A DNA stretch of 64,000 bases from Octopus sinensis (Eukaryota), in assembly GCF_006345805.1 (NCBI RefSeq), contig NC_043011.1, forward strand, positions 53,642,464-53,706,463. Direction: 5' to 3'. The position numbers were made by a program, and so were the translations under genes. Shown here in pieces: positions 39,778 to 52,811 of the stretch. The notes beneath the pieces are model-generated. The model searched no databases and had not been told where the DNA came from. It was given only the letters and a program-made list of their open reading frames with translations. Positions within the stretch are counted from its first letter, which is position 1. Every line of letters begins with the position of its first letter.

Positions 39778-40137
39778 TTTTTTATTTGTTTCAGTCATTT
39801 GACTGTGGCCATGCTGTAGCACCACCTTTAGTTGAACAAATTGACCCCAGGACTTATTCTTTATAAGCCTAGTACTTATCCTGTTGGTCTCTTTTACCGA
39901 ATTGCTAAGTTACAGGGATGTAAACATACCAACATCAGTTGTCAAGCAACGGTAGGGGGACAAACACTGACACAAACGAGGGGCTTCTTTCAGTTTCCAT
40001 CTACCAAATCCACTCAAGGCTTTGGTCTGCCCGAGGCTATAGTAGAAGACACTTGCCCAAGGTGCTGCGTAGTGGGACTGAGCCTGGAACCATGTGGTTG
40101 GTAAGCAAGCTACTTACCACACAGTCACTCCTGTGCC
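39778..40137 (-). mobile_element. SINE family A
   Basis: Near full-length reverse complement. Confidence 0.9.
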
Positions 40138-40924
40138 TATATGTATGTGTATATATATGTTTGTATATGTGTGTGTGTGCATATGTATATATATTTGTGT
40201 ATGTAACCTAAATTCACAATTTAGGTTAGTTGAAATATGTTTGTCACATATTTCAATTGGTAAAGGCAAATACACTGCAGTTACTATGGAGAAAAAATTC
40301 TCTCTTATGGTAAAACTGTGAAAACACCTCATTCATTCAATGTCACCCCCTCTCAGGAATCTGAGGCATCACTGTTCCAAGTTTGTTAACTCTTGTTGAT
40401 CCTGATATCTATCTATATATATATATATGATTTTGCTTTGTTAGATGTTAGGACTCCTTATACTTTGCTTCAGGGGGTGGGGCTTGTACAGAGTGTAGCA
40501 TCAATCAATGAAAGACATGCACTTCATTTCAATGGCTCCAAGGAACCTATAGAATGCTACACAAACACTCAACCCTGTGCACAATGCTTCCCGCAGCAGA
40601 AACTGCTGTAAGTCAATGAAGGTGATTATGTGACTCTCGTTTTGTTGTCATTCATTAATTGATATATAAATAATTGACCATACTAATGTCTTGATTACAT
40701 TTGTGAAAGAACTTCATATATATATATGGCAGGGATTTTGACTTACAAATATTAACAAAAAATATATATCATGAGATTTTTTTGCTGTTTGCTGGTGTAG
40801 TTCCATGAACATCTCTTTTCTTTACATGTATTTTATTTTGGAATTGGTATCAGTAAATGTATTTCCCGTGAATGACATTTGGTGGTATTTACAAAATACG
40901 TTGTGTGTGTAGGTATATCTTATA

Positions 40925-41795
40925 TTTTGTTTGTCATTTGACTATGTCCACGTTGGGGTACTGCCTTTGGAGGATTTGACTAACTCAACTTCAAGACTTA
41001 TTTTTTTAAAGCCTAGTTCATTCATATTCTATCAGTCTCTTTTTGCTGAACTGCTAAATTATGGAGACACAAACACACCAATACCAGTTGTCTAGTGCTA
41101 GTTGGGGTCAGACACATATGGCATAATAAATATATAAGAAAAAAGGGGGATTAAAAAAATCCAAGCAGATAATAATACTCAACAATATCCGACAATCAGA
41201 CATTAGTAAATGTAAGTAGTATACACATCCAAGGTAAATCCTCATGTATGACAAGCAGATCCAAATATCCTTTAGAAGAGTCTTGAGAAATTCAGAGCAT
41301 TTGACTTGTGTAGAGAAAATTACATCGTTATTGAAGAATTCATCTTGCAAAGCTGACAATTGTATTTAGATATAGAAAATATCAATAAAATTAAGATTAA
41401 AGTTTCCGAAAATATATGTTAATACATTATGAAGGCAATCCAAAATTAGTGAAATTCGAATTGAACATATGAAATATTTCCAGTACAGGAACGCCTACTA
41501 AAAGAATCCTTGGAAGGAATTTAATTTAAGACATTGCTGATGTCAGTGGATAACGAAAAAATGATAAAAAAAAATTTAAGAAAGGCCATTTGTATTCAAC
41601 TATTGGTGACATCAGTGGATAAGGAAATAATAAAAAAACAAACACAACAGGCTTTTTAAGTTTCTGTCTACCGGATTCACTATGAGGCTTTGGTTAGCTT
41701 GAGGCCATATCGTAGGAGACATTTGCCTGAGGTGCCACACATTGGGACTGATCCTGGAATGATGTGGTTGGGAAAGAAGCTTCTTACCACGCCTG
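40925..41795 (-). mobile_element. SINE family A split by a ~530-bp insertion (~41115-41640)
   Basis: 3' half at 40925-41110 and 5' half at 41645-41795, same strand and collinear. Confidence 0.65.
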
Positions 41796-42304
41796 TGCAT
41801 ATGTATGTGTGTATATTTATAGATATATATATACATTTTGTTTTAAATACTTAAGTGTGCGTTTTGCTTGCTTGTCAGTATACTGTTAACCCTTTTTTAA
41901 GCCAGCCATATCTGGCCCAAGTATCCTTCCTGTTTTATGATGAAACCGACCAGATCAGGCTTCCTACATGTACCCTGCAATGTCATTGTAAAAATAAACA
42001 ATTACATTAGCAAAATCTCAACGCTATGATATAAGCCTGTTCATTAAATTGTATTGTTCCTCAAGGAATGATGTCATGTTTAGGATGTAAAGCATTTCCC
42101 CATGGCTGTCATCACCTACTCTTAGCATATAGGTTTTTTTCTTATTTGTGACTGAGAATCCTTAGTTGAGTTATTCGGCCTTCATTTAATTACTTATAAC
42201 ATATTTCTTTAACACAAAGGAAGTGGGGATGGAGGCTCAACCATGATTTGAACTCAGAATTGTTGAACTCTAAACTAAATATAACTATTGGTATTTTACA
42301 TACA

Positions 42305-42530
42305 GCTTGATGGCAACGAGCTAACAGAACTGTTAGCACACTGGGCAAAATGCTTAGTGGCATTTTGTCCATCTGTACGTTCTAAATTTAAATTCTGCCT
42401 AGGTCAACTTTACCTTTCATCTTTTCAGGGTCAATAAAATAAGTACCAGTTGAGTACTGGGGGGTGACGTAATTGACTTACCCCTCCCCTCACACCAAAT
42501 TTGCTGGGCTTGTGCCAAAATTTGAAACCA
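42305..42530 (+). mobile_element. SINE family B
   Basis: gagctaacagaactgttagcac head, core, and gtgccaaaatttgaaacc tail. Confidence 0.8.
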
Positions 42531-43062
42531 ATATTTTACATTCAGTTTGCACTGTGGCAGATTACCTTCATCGGCTGCGGATTGAATATCACAATAATTT
42601 TGCTACCATCTGATAGCATTACTCCCTCTGGTGGAGTCGAGCAACACATGCTATCATGGAAATGCCTCGATTTTGTTAACCGACACTATAGCATACTTTC
42701 TCTCCCACTTATCCTTGCAGCCACTACAATTAGCTGGATGCAGCTGAAACTATTTTTAACAATGCAGCAACTGTTTTTTGTTTCACTACTTGAAGATTCT
42801 TATTTTGTGCTTCGCTTTGGTTTTTCTTTCACATCCCTCCCCCATATCCAAGATAAAGCATTTCCTGTTTCCCTCTCCAGTTTACAAATGACTGCTCCAT
42901 TGTTTTTCCTCAGCTCAACATATTAAGATCACACACACACACAGTTCACCGCATAGTGACAATATTAGGACATACTAATTCAATGTGAGTAAAACATAAG
43001 GGACATAGGATGTACACCCCTACATCACCATCCATCATCATTATCATAATGTTTAATACTTC

Positions 43063-43500
43063 TATATGTCGTTGTGTGGTAAGAAGCTTGCTTTCCAACA
43101 ACCTGGTCCCAGGTTCAGTCCTGCTGTATGGAACCTCGGGCAAGTGTCTTCTACTATAGCCTTAGGTTGACGAAAGCCTTGTGAGTGGATTTGTACATAG
43201 AAACTGAAAGAAGCCTGTAGTATATATATATATATTTATTTTACTTGTTTCAGTCATTTGACTGTGGCCATACTGGAGTGCACAGACACACATATGTGCA
43301 TTTGTGTGTGTGTTCGTGTTTGTTCAATCGCTACCGCTTGACATCCAGTGTGGGTGTGTTTATGTTCCTGTAATTTAGTGGTTCGAGAAGCAAGACCAAT
43401 AGAATAAGTACTGGGCTTTAAAAAAAAAACCGACTAAAACCCTTCAAGGTGGTGTCCCAGCATGGCCACAATCAAATGACTGAAACTACAGGTAAAATGG
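43063..43500 (+). mobile_element. SINE family A
   Basis: Collinear with consensus. Confidence 0.85.
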
Positions 43501-44195
43501 TAAAAAAAAAACAATGAAAGATCCTTTATATGATCCCCAAACCCGCTTGAAATAACAGCCAAATCACCCCAAAATCTTGTTCTGCTGTCTTAAATGAAAG
43601 CCGTGCATATTAAGTTATGTAGTCAGGAGTAGACTGGTTCTTGGACAAATATATTCAATCGGGGCTGGTTTGTTTCTAAATTAAAAACGTGTTGTGTACG
43701 AACAAGCTTGTTACACTTATTGATCTTAAATATCAATAACTAAGCATAAAAGTAGCTTCATTGTCGTCATCATTCTAGGCGTGCTTTTTCTGCACAGTTC
43801 TGAGTTGTATGTATATTTTGAGACGTTTTATATCTGGATTCTCTTGTCTTGAAAGATATGCAGGGACATGGTGCACCTGTTCTAAAACTGAGAAGCCTTA
43901 TTTTATAAGACACACCCCATAGTAACAATTTTGATAACGAGCTGTTTGCAACCAAATTATCTGCTTGTAATTTATTATAATTTGACATAAATATTCAACA
44001 TTTTACTAGTACGTTTAGTATGTTAAGCTGTGCTGTCGCTGTTTACTTTTAGATTCTTCTGTTACCACAAAGCGAAGTGACTATGTATAACTAATGTGTA
44101 TATAACACAACATGGCGAGGGGCTTGTCACAAAACATTCTGATAAAATGGGTCAGTAGACTGTTGTACTATCATAGTGTGTATATGTATGTACAT

Positions 44196-44550
44196 ACAGG
44201 CACGAGTGTGGCCGTGTGGTAAGAAGTTTACTTTCCAGCCACATGGTTCAGGGTTCAGTTCCATTGTGTGGCACATTGGGCAAGTGTCTTCTACTATAGT
44301 CTTAGGTGACCAAAGCCTTGTGAGTGGATTTGGTAGACAAATTAGAAGAAGCCTGTCATGTGTGTGTGTCCACCACTGCTTGACAACTGGTTGGTGTGTT
44401 TGTGTCCCCGTAACTTAGCAGTTCAGCAAAAGAGACTGCTAGAATAAGTACCAGGGTTAAAAAATAAGTGCTGTGGTCGATTCATTTGACTAAAAATTCA
44501 AGGCAGTGCCCCAGCATGACCACAGTCTAAGAACTGTAACAGGTAAAAGA
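44196..44550 (+). mobile_element. SINE family A
   Basis: Collinear with consensus; followed by a (TA)/(TG) tract at 44555-44630. Confidence 0.85.
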
Positions 44551-44552
44551 TA

Positions 44553-44609
<57 letters not shown>

Positions 44610-44649
44610 ATATATATGTATGTGTATATATAGTCAGCTATTGCTAGAA

Positions 44650-45130
44650 ACAAGAGTTAAAACAACCTAAAAGCACTGTCTTAATGACTGACGAAGGGAG
44701 GCAAGTCCCTAGCGTATATAGTCGGATTGAAGGATTTCCGATTTTGATGTAGACCATCTTAATCCTCATCCGCGAAGATTGTATCCGGGAATTTAGTTTC
44801 TTTGCTAAATGCTTCCTTTATGGTGATGACTGTTGACCAATTCTTGCATGAATGAGTCTATGGCATTGACTGCACGGTAATGTTGGTGGAGGGCAGGGTT
44901 GATTTTGTCAAGCCTTTCTCGTTTGATTTCTTTCTCTCTTCTAGTGGCTTCGAAGTTTTTGGTTTTGATGGTGATGGAACATCACAACTTGGTACAGTCT
45001 CAGGCTTGTGTTTCAAATGATTTAGGCTGAAGTCCAGTGGCTCCCAGTGTTGTTTTGAGTTGGTCCTTGTATCTTTAAAGAAGGCAACCCTGTGGTCTTT
45101 TCCCTGAAGTGATCTTGCTGAATAAGGCTT
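44650..45130 (-). mobile_element. RTE-clade LINE 3' fragment, decayed
   Basis: The minus strand reads SGKRPQGCLL*RYKDQLKTTLGATGLQPKSFETQA*D, then approximately QCHRLIHARIG, matching the RTE/BovB C-terminal pattern (GRP.LRYKD.LK...; C..C.R...RIGL.SH). Confidence 0.7.
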
Positions 45131-46689
45131 GGCGTGGGAACCTTGAGAATTTAATTACTAAATGATGAGAATATGTAATAAAGTGGAGTTATAAATGCAG
45201 TCATATCTCTTGGTGCAATTTTATCAAGATGTACAAGGTTTTGACGAGGTCTCCCTTCTCTGCTTGTCTTCAATGTTTATCCCCACTTGAATGTGGATGC
45301 TCTGTTAGAACAAACTATACAGCAGTATATACCATGAGAGAAACTCTGGCATGGGCTTTTGGTGCAAAATGCACTCTAGTTTATATCATTAGTGGGGAGA
45401 TAAATTGCCACCACATCCAGCACTGAGACCAACCAGATCATTAGATTTTGATCTTCCTTGGTCTTGTCAGTGATGGGACACTCGACTGCTAGAAATAGCA
45501 GCAACTTATTTCACCCTGCCAGTGATATATAGAATAACAGTACCAGGACAGGCACTAGTGTTTTGATTAGCTAGTGAGCTTGTTAAAAAAGCCAGAACAT
45601 CTGTGTTTAAGTGGGGATTAATATTACCTCTCTGTATTAATGCTGCTGCTAAATATGTATTTTAAACAAGTTTTCAATATATACAAACATTTTCCGAGTT
45701 TATAGAAAATACCTCAAGTACAATATACTCAATGTGGCCTCTCTCATAGCCCTGCTTGTCAGGTTTATGTTGCTGGGTTGTAGTGTGTTGTTCAGTTGTT
45801 TATTTTCATCTGATAAATCCTTTTTCTTTCGCTTTTTTTTTGTTTTGTTTTCTACACATTACTTTGTTTATTATAAACTGTTTCAGTCAGTTGCCCCATT
45901 AATAAACCCGTTGTTAGCAACCAGGAAGCCTCTGTGTGTGACAGGGGTTTCTTGTTGGCTAGACCCTGCGAGAAACAATAATCATGTGTCCTTCAAATCA
46001 GTCTCTTAACAGGACTCTGAGCACCTTGTTTTGGCAAAAGACAGTATGCTCATGGCTGGAGAGATTTAGCTCTGTGGTCTACTGGCTGACTTGCGATTAA
46101 ACACCATTGTACATAAATGTAAAAGTTAGGCCATCCCTATTTTCTATGTTGATTTCTTCAACGAGATTTATTGTTGAGATCTTCTCATCAAGGTTTGCTG
46201 TCCTTTCTCTTCTCACATCCCTTTTACAATACTATATGTTGTCTTCATCTCATTTAAAAAAAAGCTACATAATGATCTTACTTGCTTCCCTCCTGACCTC
46301 TCCATATCACCAATGAAAACCCGACTGCATTTTTTGCACAGTGTTAAATTCTTGCAAAGCCTTAAACTTTTCACATGTCACACTACCCACAAAATGAAAT
46401 ACTTAATTGTTTCACATATTCAACGACCTTACTTGCTGGTGTATAAAACACGTCCCTATTTCATGAGTATATTTTGTGGCAAAAACAAACAAATTTAATA
46501 TATTCCATTATACACTTCTTCATCATCATCATCATCATCATTTAACATCTGTTTTCCATGCTGGCATGGGTTAGATGGCTTGATAAGAACTGGTAGGGCC
46601 AGGGGCCACACCAAATTCCAAAGATATTTTGAAGTGGTTTTTGTGAAAGGAAAATGTTTGACTCAGTGTATGTAAAAACAATATTTTGA

Positions 46690-47072
46690 TAATGTTCCCT
46701 TATTTGTTTTGGTCATTAGACTGCAGCCATGCTGGAGCACCACCTTGTAGAATTTTTAGCCGAATGAATCGACCCCAGTACTTTACTTTTCTTTTTTTAA
46801 GCCTGGTACTTAGTCTCTCGGTCTCTTTTTGCCAAACTGCTGGGTTATGTAAACACCAATTGATAACTGGTGGTGTGGGACAAAGAGATACATAAAGACA
46901 CACACACGACAGGATTCTTTCAGTTTCCATCTACCTTATCCACTGACAACGCTTTAGCTGGCCTGATGCTATAGTAGAAGACATTTTCCCAAGGTGCCAT
47001 GCAGTGGGACTGAACCCAGACCCATGTGGTTAGGAAGCAAGCTTCTTACCATACGTTCACACCTGCACCTAC
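46690..47072 (-). mobile_element. SINE family A
   Basis: Reverse-complement copy. Confidence 0.85.
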
Positions 47073-47640
47073 ACTGGAATAAACTATGAAAGCATAAATC
47101 TATCACAAATATCCTGTATTTGCACTTAACCATCTTTCAGATCAGCTGTATAAGTTGTTTATGTTTCGCTCAAGAGAATTGCCACGCAAGGTGTGTCACT
47201 CGTGCTTCTGGCCGTGATGTTTTATGGAACTGCTATTTGGTAGCACCAAGGTGATGCATCACCACTAAAGCTTTGTAGTCATTTATTCATTTCATGTAGC
47301 TAACAGGCAGATAAAAGTTTCACCTCAACCATGTTCTTATCTATGGATTCCTTTGAATACTGTCTTATTGTGGTAGAACCTGATAGCCATTCTGTGTTTA
47401 AAAACTAGATTTAGAGAAAATTCTTTCAAAGTTCATAATTTGTTTTTCCCATGTCAACTTGTAAAAGTTGATCAATGTAAGACACTTGTGAAAGAAATCT
47501 AGCTGTTTCTGGCAATAAACACATCTAAAGCAAAATTTTTTCATGAACCCTTAAATCTATTTCTAGGGGTTGCCAATTTACTATTTTCCTTGCATGTCCC
47601 TTTCCCAATCTTATATGGACTTTGGTTGAGAATCTCTGGT

Positions 47641-47842
47641 TTAACCCTTTAACATTTGAACCAGCCATATATGGCCGAAATATTCTACCTGTTTTATGTT
47701 CAAACCGACCAGATCAGGCCTCTCACACCTATCCTACAATGTCATTGAAACGTGAAGATTGAAAGATAACGTGTGTTTAATTCAAAACAATGCAAATCAG
47801 TATTAAATTTGACAGGGTAAATTGAATGCAAAAAAGGGTTCA
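47641..47842 (+). mobile_element. piggyBac-type MITE family 1
   Basis: TTAAccctttaacatt...gaatgcaaaaaagggtt. Confidence 0.75.
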
Positions 47843-47870
47843 TCTTTGTTGAAGAATTTTCCATTTAGGT

Positions 47871-48098
47871 TAGTGGTTCTTAACCAGGGGCCATGTTACA
47901 TGTGAGTCAATGTAAGATTTTGTTATTAAAATTTATCTGCAATAAATTGGTTATACTTTTACAATACACAAAATATTTTAAGAATTCTTTTATACAATTC
48001 CTAATAATAATTAAGTATAAAAATGTAACAGGATTTTTTAAGCATCCACCCGAAAGGAGTCCATCGGTAAAAAAAAAAAAATCTGTTGAGAAGCACTG
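47871..48098. mobile_element. hAT (Charlie-like) MITE
   Basis: TIRs tagtggttcttaac / gttgagaagcactg; degenerate 8-bp flanks atttaggt / gtttagac. Confidence 0.6.
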
Positions 48099-48137
48099 GT
48101 TTAGACAATTAAAAAGTATTTCTTGAAGACAGTAGAC

Positions 48138-48337
48138 ATTAATTCTTTTGTTACCCTATTCCTGCTAAAATGCATTATCTTTGTTTCAATTAAGTTTGAA
48201 AAAAAATAATGAATTTAATAAGATAATTTTGTAATTTATCTAGTGTTTAGAAAATGACATGACATTTTGATAGAACAGGAAATATGTATCTTAGAACCAG
48301 GGGCAGTTTCTGGTAGGTTAGTATCAAAAGGGTTTAA
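48138..48337 (+). mobile_element. piggyBac-type MITE family 2
   Basis: ttaattcttttgttacc...gtatcaaaagggtttaa. Confidence 0.7.
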
Positions 48338-48723
48338 AAGGTAAGCCATGTATTAGGTAGTTCTGTATGTTGTGGAATGAGATGACGTGAATGTGACCAA
48401 CCCACAGAACTGTTGATGTTACCGTAAGTAATTCTTCATGAGTTTGTGCTCACAGACTGATATTTCAGTTTGTTTTCAATGTTCTATTGTTAATAGCAAT
48501 TATTATGCCAAAACGACATTTGCTAATCCGGCACCCTAGCATACAGCACATGGGTCTTCCATCTGCTTTCTATGCAGGGCAAGTTTTGGATAGCTTTATA
48601 AATAAAGAGGCATGCATCTTAATATGCTGGTGAATGCAATGTACCTCATGCTTTAAAGGTGATACTGTGGGGTCTGCACCACAGTGCAAGCTGCTGGAAC
48701 CATCGCAAGGTCTTGTATTGATT

Positions 48724-49340
48724 CTTTTGCTACCATATTTCTGTTGAAATACACTGTCCTTGTTTTAATTAATTCTGAGTATTATTACTCTTTTACTCTT
48801 TTACTTGTTTCAGTCATGTGACTGTGGCCATGCTGGAGCACCGCCTTTAGTCGATCAAATCGACCCCAGGACTTATTCTTTGTAAGCCTAGTACTTATTT
48901 TATCGGTCTCTTTTTGCCGAACTGCTAAATTACGGAGACGTAAACATATCAGCATCGGTTGTCAAGTGATGTTGGAGGGGACAAATACAGACACACAAAC
49001 ATGCACATACACATATATGTATATATATACATATATACGACGGGCTTCTTTCGGTTTCCGTCTACCAAATCCACCCACAAGGCTTTGGTTGGCCCGAGGC
49101 TATAGTAGAAGACACTTGCCCAAGATGCCACGCAGTGGGACTGAACCCGGAACCATGTGGTTGGTAAGCAAGCTACTTACCACACAGCCACTCCTGCGAA
49201 GAATTTATTAAAATAATCTTGTGATTATTGAGCTGGTGTTTGGAGCATAAATCAACATTGAATTTTGATGGAAAGTTTTAACTGAAATCACTTAAAAGCA
49301 TGAAGTTTATATCATAAAACGAAGAGTGATCTCAGATGGG
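48724..49340 (+). mobile_element. MITE family 2 interrupted by a full-length minus-strand SINE A (48787-49197)
   Basis: The MITE consensus resumes at gaagaattt after the SINE and ends ggtatcagaagggTTAA. Confidence 0.8.
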
Positions 49341-50468
49341 TTGGTATCAGAAGGGTTAAACATTATGTTGACCACCTCACCAGTACAACACTCTTTGTAG
49401 TCTCAATTCTGCTTTAGAACACCACTAAAGGTCTATACGGCCCTTAAGCGTCCATACAGCCCATGGGGGTCTATATAAGATTTTGTTAAAAATTATGTGC
49501 TGCACCTTGGTTAAGCTTCTACAAAACAACATATTTTAATTTTTATACAATTTGTAATAAAATTTGATTATAAAAATATAACAGGATTTTTTTTAAACAT
49601 GGAATGGCTATTAGGGTCCACCCAAGTAAAACAGGAATCACAAGAGTTCATAGGGAAAAAATAGTTGAGAAATATTGCTTTAGATACACACACACACACA
49701 CACATATATATGCACACGCACACATACTAGCATATATTTAGTAACCTTATTTAAACAAATATTACTCACAAACCAGTGTATTTTTTGATAAACTTCCTCT
49801 CCAGATATAGATTATAGACATAGCAGTGTATATTTAATAAACTTCCTCTATATACACACATAAATATGTGCATTGTTCACATGAATACCAGTGTATATTT
49901 AATTAGCTTCCTCTTCATATGTACTTACGTATATGTCTAGTTGTTAGAACCTCACATTGTGTCCATGGTAACCGAGGTTTGAATCCAGGTCATGGCAGCC
50001 TCCCTCAAATTTATCAAAGGCAGTGCCCCAGCATGACCGTAGTCTAATGACTGAAACAAGTAAAAAGATAAAAGAACCATATTCATTCTGTCTCCTGTTG
50101 TATACACATCATTTGTTAACTTTACAATTCATTGAAGCCTTCCTAAATCTCCGATATAGATCCCCAAAAAGGTTTTCTCTGATTATAAATAAATTATATG
50201 ATGTTAAGTTTGTTTAATTAAACAGATTTAACTCAGTGAAATAAAAGGACTGCTGTGCTGTGTGACTCATTTATCCCCAGGTCAACTTTGGTCAAATATA
50301 CATGATGAAATAACATTCCAGTCACTTTTTTTTTTTTCTTTAGATACGTTGCACTTAGGGTCACATACTGTGCCTCTTTTCTTTAAGATGGTATAATGTG
50401 ATTTGATGAGAAATTAACTGCTATTTTTACCAGTGTGTGCAGTTGTGTACAGGATCCCATGTTAGGTG

Positions 50469-50990
50469 GAACCCTTAAGCATTTAAACCAGTCCAAATAT
50501 TCTACCTATTTTATGCTCAAACCAGCCAGACCTGGTCTCTTACGCCTACCCTATAATGTCATTCTAAAAGAAATATCACATATTTACAAAGTAAGAAAAC
50601 AGCACAGCTCCCATGACTTCAGGAAACATTTTTTCACGCTGAGAGTTGCTGAAGCATGGAACAAACTGCCGGCCTCAGTTGTTAGTTGTCGGAGCACTGC
50701 ATCCTTCAAAACTTCCATGCTTCCTGAGATTCGCCAACACTACACCCTCCATACACACACAAGCATGTATCTGACTCATACATTGTTCACTTTCCAGACA
50801 TTTCTACATTACTGCATGTACTTTATATGCACTTTCTGACAAGTTGTGGTGCACCTGAGCACTGTATACAATAATTTCATTATTATATCATCGGAATTTT
50901 AAAATTGTGGGATAATCCATGATTAATTTAAAACATTGTGAATAAGCAAGCATTGCATTTGACGGAGTAATCTGAATGCTAAAGGGTTAA
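50469..50990 (+). mobile_element. MITE family 1 carrying a CR1 insertion
   Basis: MITE halves flank 50582-50885; right end aatgctaaagggTTAA. Confidence 0.8.
50582..50885 (+). mobile_element. CR1-clade LINE 3' end, 5'-truncated
   Basis: Reads FRKHFFTLRVAEAWNKLPASVVSCRSTASFKTSM, the typical CR1 ORF2 C-terminal motif, followed by a 3' UTR and a cattattat tail. Confidence 0.85.
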
Positions 50991-51194
50991 AAATGTATGG
51001 TATTTATAGATAGGTCCTTCTGGAAAACCCTTTCAGCTGCTTCTCTGTTTCCACTACTTTACTGTGGAAGGGTCTTTGTAAAATTTTAGCTGATGTATTA
51101 CAAAGACATCTTCGTTATATCATGGGTTTTGCTGCGTTCATTATACATTGGTCTTTGTTGTGCCATCAGTTTTACTCTGATGTGTTGTTTATTA

Positions 51195-51340
51195 CTTTGA
51201 GATCTCTTCCTTTTCTCTCCTTGTTTCTTTCTGTGGAAGAGCGTAGTCTCGAAACGTTAAAGACTTTTTCACTTCCCAAGCATTATACTAATACATCTGT
51301 TTGTTGTCTACACCACCTGTCTTCATCTTTTGTGAATTTT
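51195..51340 (+). mobile_element. Penelope-like terminal-repeat remnant with hammerhead-like motif
   Basis: tcttt-ctgtgga-agagcgtagtctc-gaaac-gt-t-aaaga topology; homologous copies at 52812 (minus) and 3720. Confidence 0.65.
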
Positions 51341-51438
51341 CCCCCTATATGTATATATATATATATACATATATATACATGGGAAAGAGAGAGAAGATTG
51401 TCAAAATAAGATTACTTTACTGTGTTTACTGTTTAACC

Positions 51439-51875
51439 CAGTGGTGCTCAACCATTTTTTGCCTATGGAACCCTTTGATTCCAATTTTTACTTGGGTGGA
51501 TCCTCATAGCCATTTAATGTTTAAAAAATTTCTATTTATCATCATCATCATCATCATCATTTAAAGTCCGTTTTCCATGCTGGTATGAGTTGGATGATTT
51601 GATAGGAGCTGACCATCTGGAGAGAGCTGTTTTGGCATGGTTTCTTTGGCTGGATACTCTTCCTAGTGCCAACCACTTTACAGAGTGCTGGGGGCATTTT
51701 ATGTGCCATCTATTATATTTTTATAATTAAATATCTGTAGGAAATGTATGATAAAAATATTGTTAAAATATTTGTTGTATAGTGGACGTATAACTAATTT
51801 GTTGCTCATAAATTTTATCAATGAAATCTTATTTGGACCTGCAAGGGTCATATGACCCCCAGATGAGGACCACTG
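51439..51875. mobile_element. hAT MITE with a nested family C retroposon (51538-51705, minus)
   Basis: TIRs cagtggtgctca / tgaggaccactg; 8-bp flanks gtttaacc / atttaatc (6 of 8 match). Confidence 0.7.
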
Positions 51876-51877
51876 AT

Positions 51878-52041
51878 TTAATCCTTTAGCATTCAAATCC
51901 AGAATGTAGTCCCTCATAATTACCCTACAATGTCATTCTAATAACTTTCACTAAGTTACAAGATAATTAATGATTAATTCAAAACAATGGGTATAAATGA
52001 ATATTGCATTTGACTGATTGACCTGAAAGCTGAAGGGTTAA
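51878..52041 (+). mobile_element. MITE family 1, internally deleted
   Basis: TTAAtcctttagcattc...gaagggTTAA. Confidence 0.7.
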
Positions 52042-52662
52042 AAAAAAACCTTCATACAATGAGCTGTACTGCTTACTATATTGAAAAGTCTTGTACTGTG
52101 TTTAGTATACAGAGGGTTGTGTTGTACTGTAGAAAGGTCTTCATTGTACTGTAAAGCTTTGAATATACTGTACTGTGTTCTAGAGAGGATACCACTGCAT
52201 GGTAAGTCTTAGCTATCTACTTTTAAAACTGCCATGAAATTTTTCTTGTATTATGAGCTTTAACTGCTGTACAATATTTACGACAATCCTTTATGCGCTG
52301 TTTTGGTACCTCTACCGATTCAACTGCTAAATCTTTTATTTCGCTGTGAATTCTAGCCATAATATTTCCGTTCAATGTACTGTAGCTTGACCTGTGTTAA
52401 CCTTGCCGTCTCCATTAGTGTCATCCTTTTGCTGCTTTCACCTTTGACATCATACCATTAAGGTAGGCGATATGCTGTTAAGCAACAGCGATTTGAAGCA
52501 CTTGATAAAAGTTATTGGTTACTGAAGCAGTTGGTTGGTAGGATGTGTCTTCACGACATGAAACACTGGGAACAGAGCTAAATGGATTAATGGTTTTATC
52601 ATTTTAAGACGTCTATGTGACGAATTGAAAACTGGTGTATTTTAATACTGGTATCATTTATA

Positions 52663-52698
<36 letters not shown>

Positions 52699-52811
52699 CT
52701 TGCACACAACAACCAAACTGGAACAATTTAAACATCTAGTAGAAGTAATCTCATTTTGACAATCTTCTCTTTCTCTCTCTTATATATATATATATATATA
52801 AGGGGGGGGGG

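Noticed and set aside
43740-44040. Possible decayed LINE C-terminus on the minus strand
   Set aside because: The resemblance is too weak to call without a profile search.
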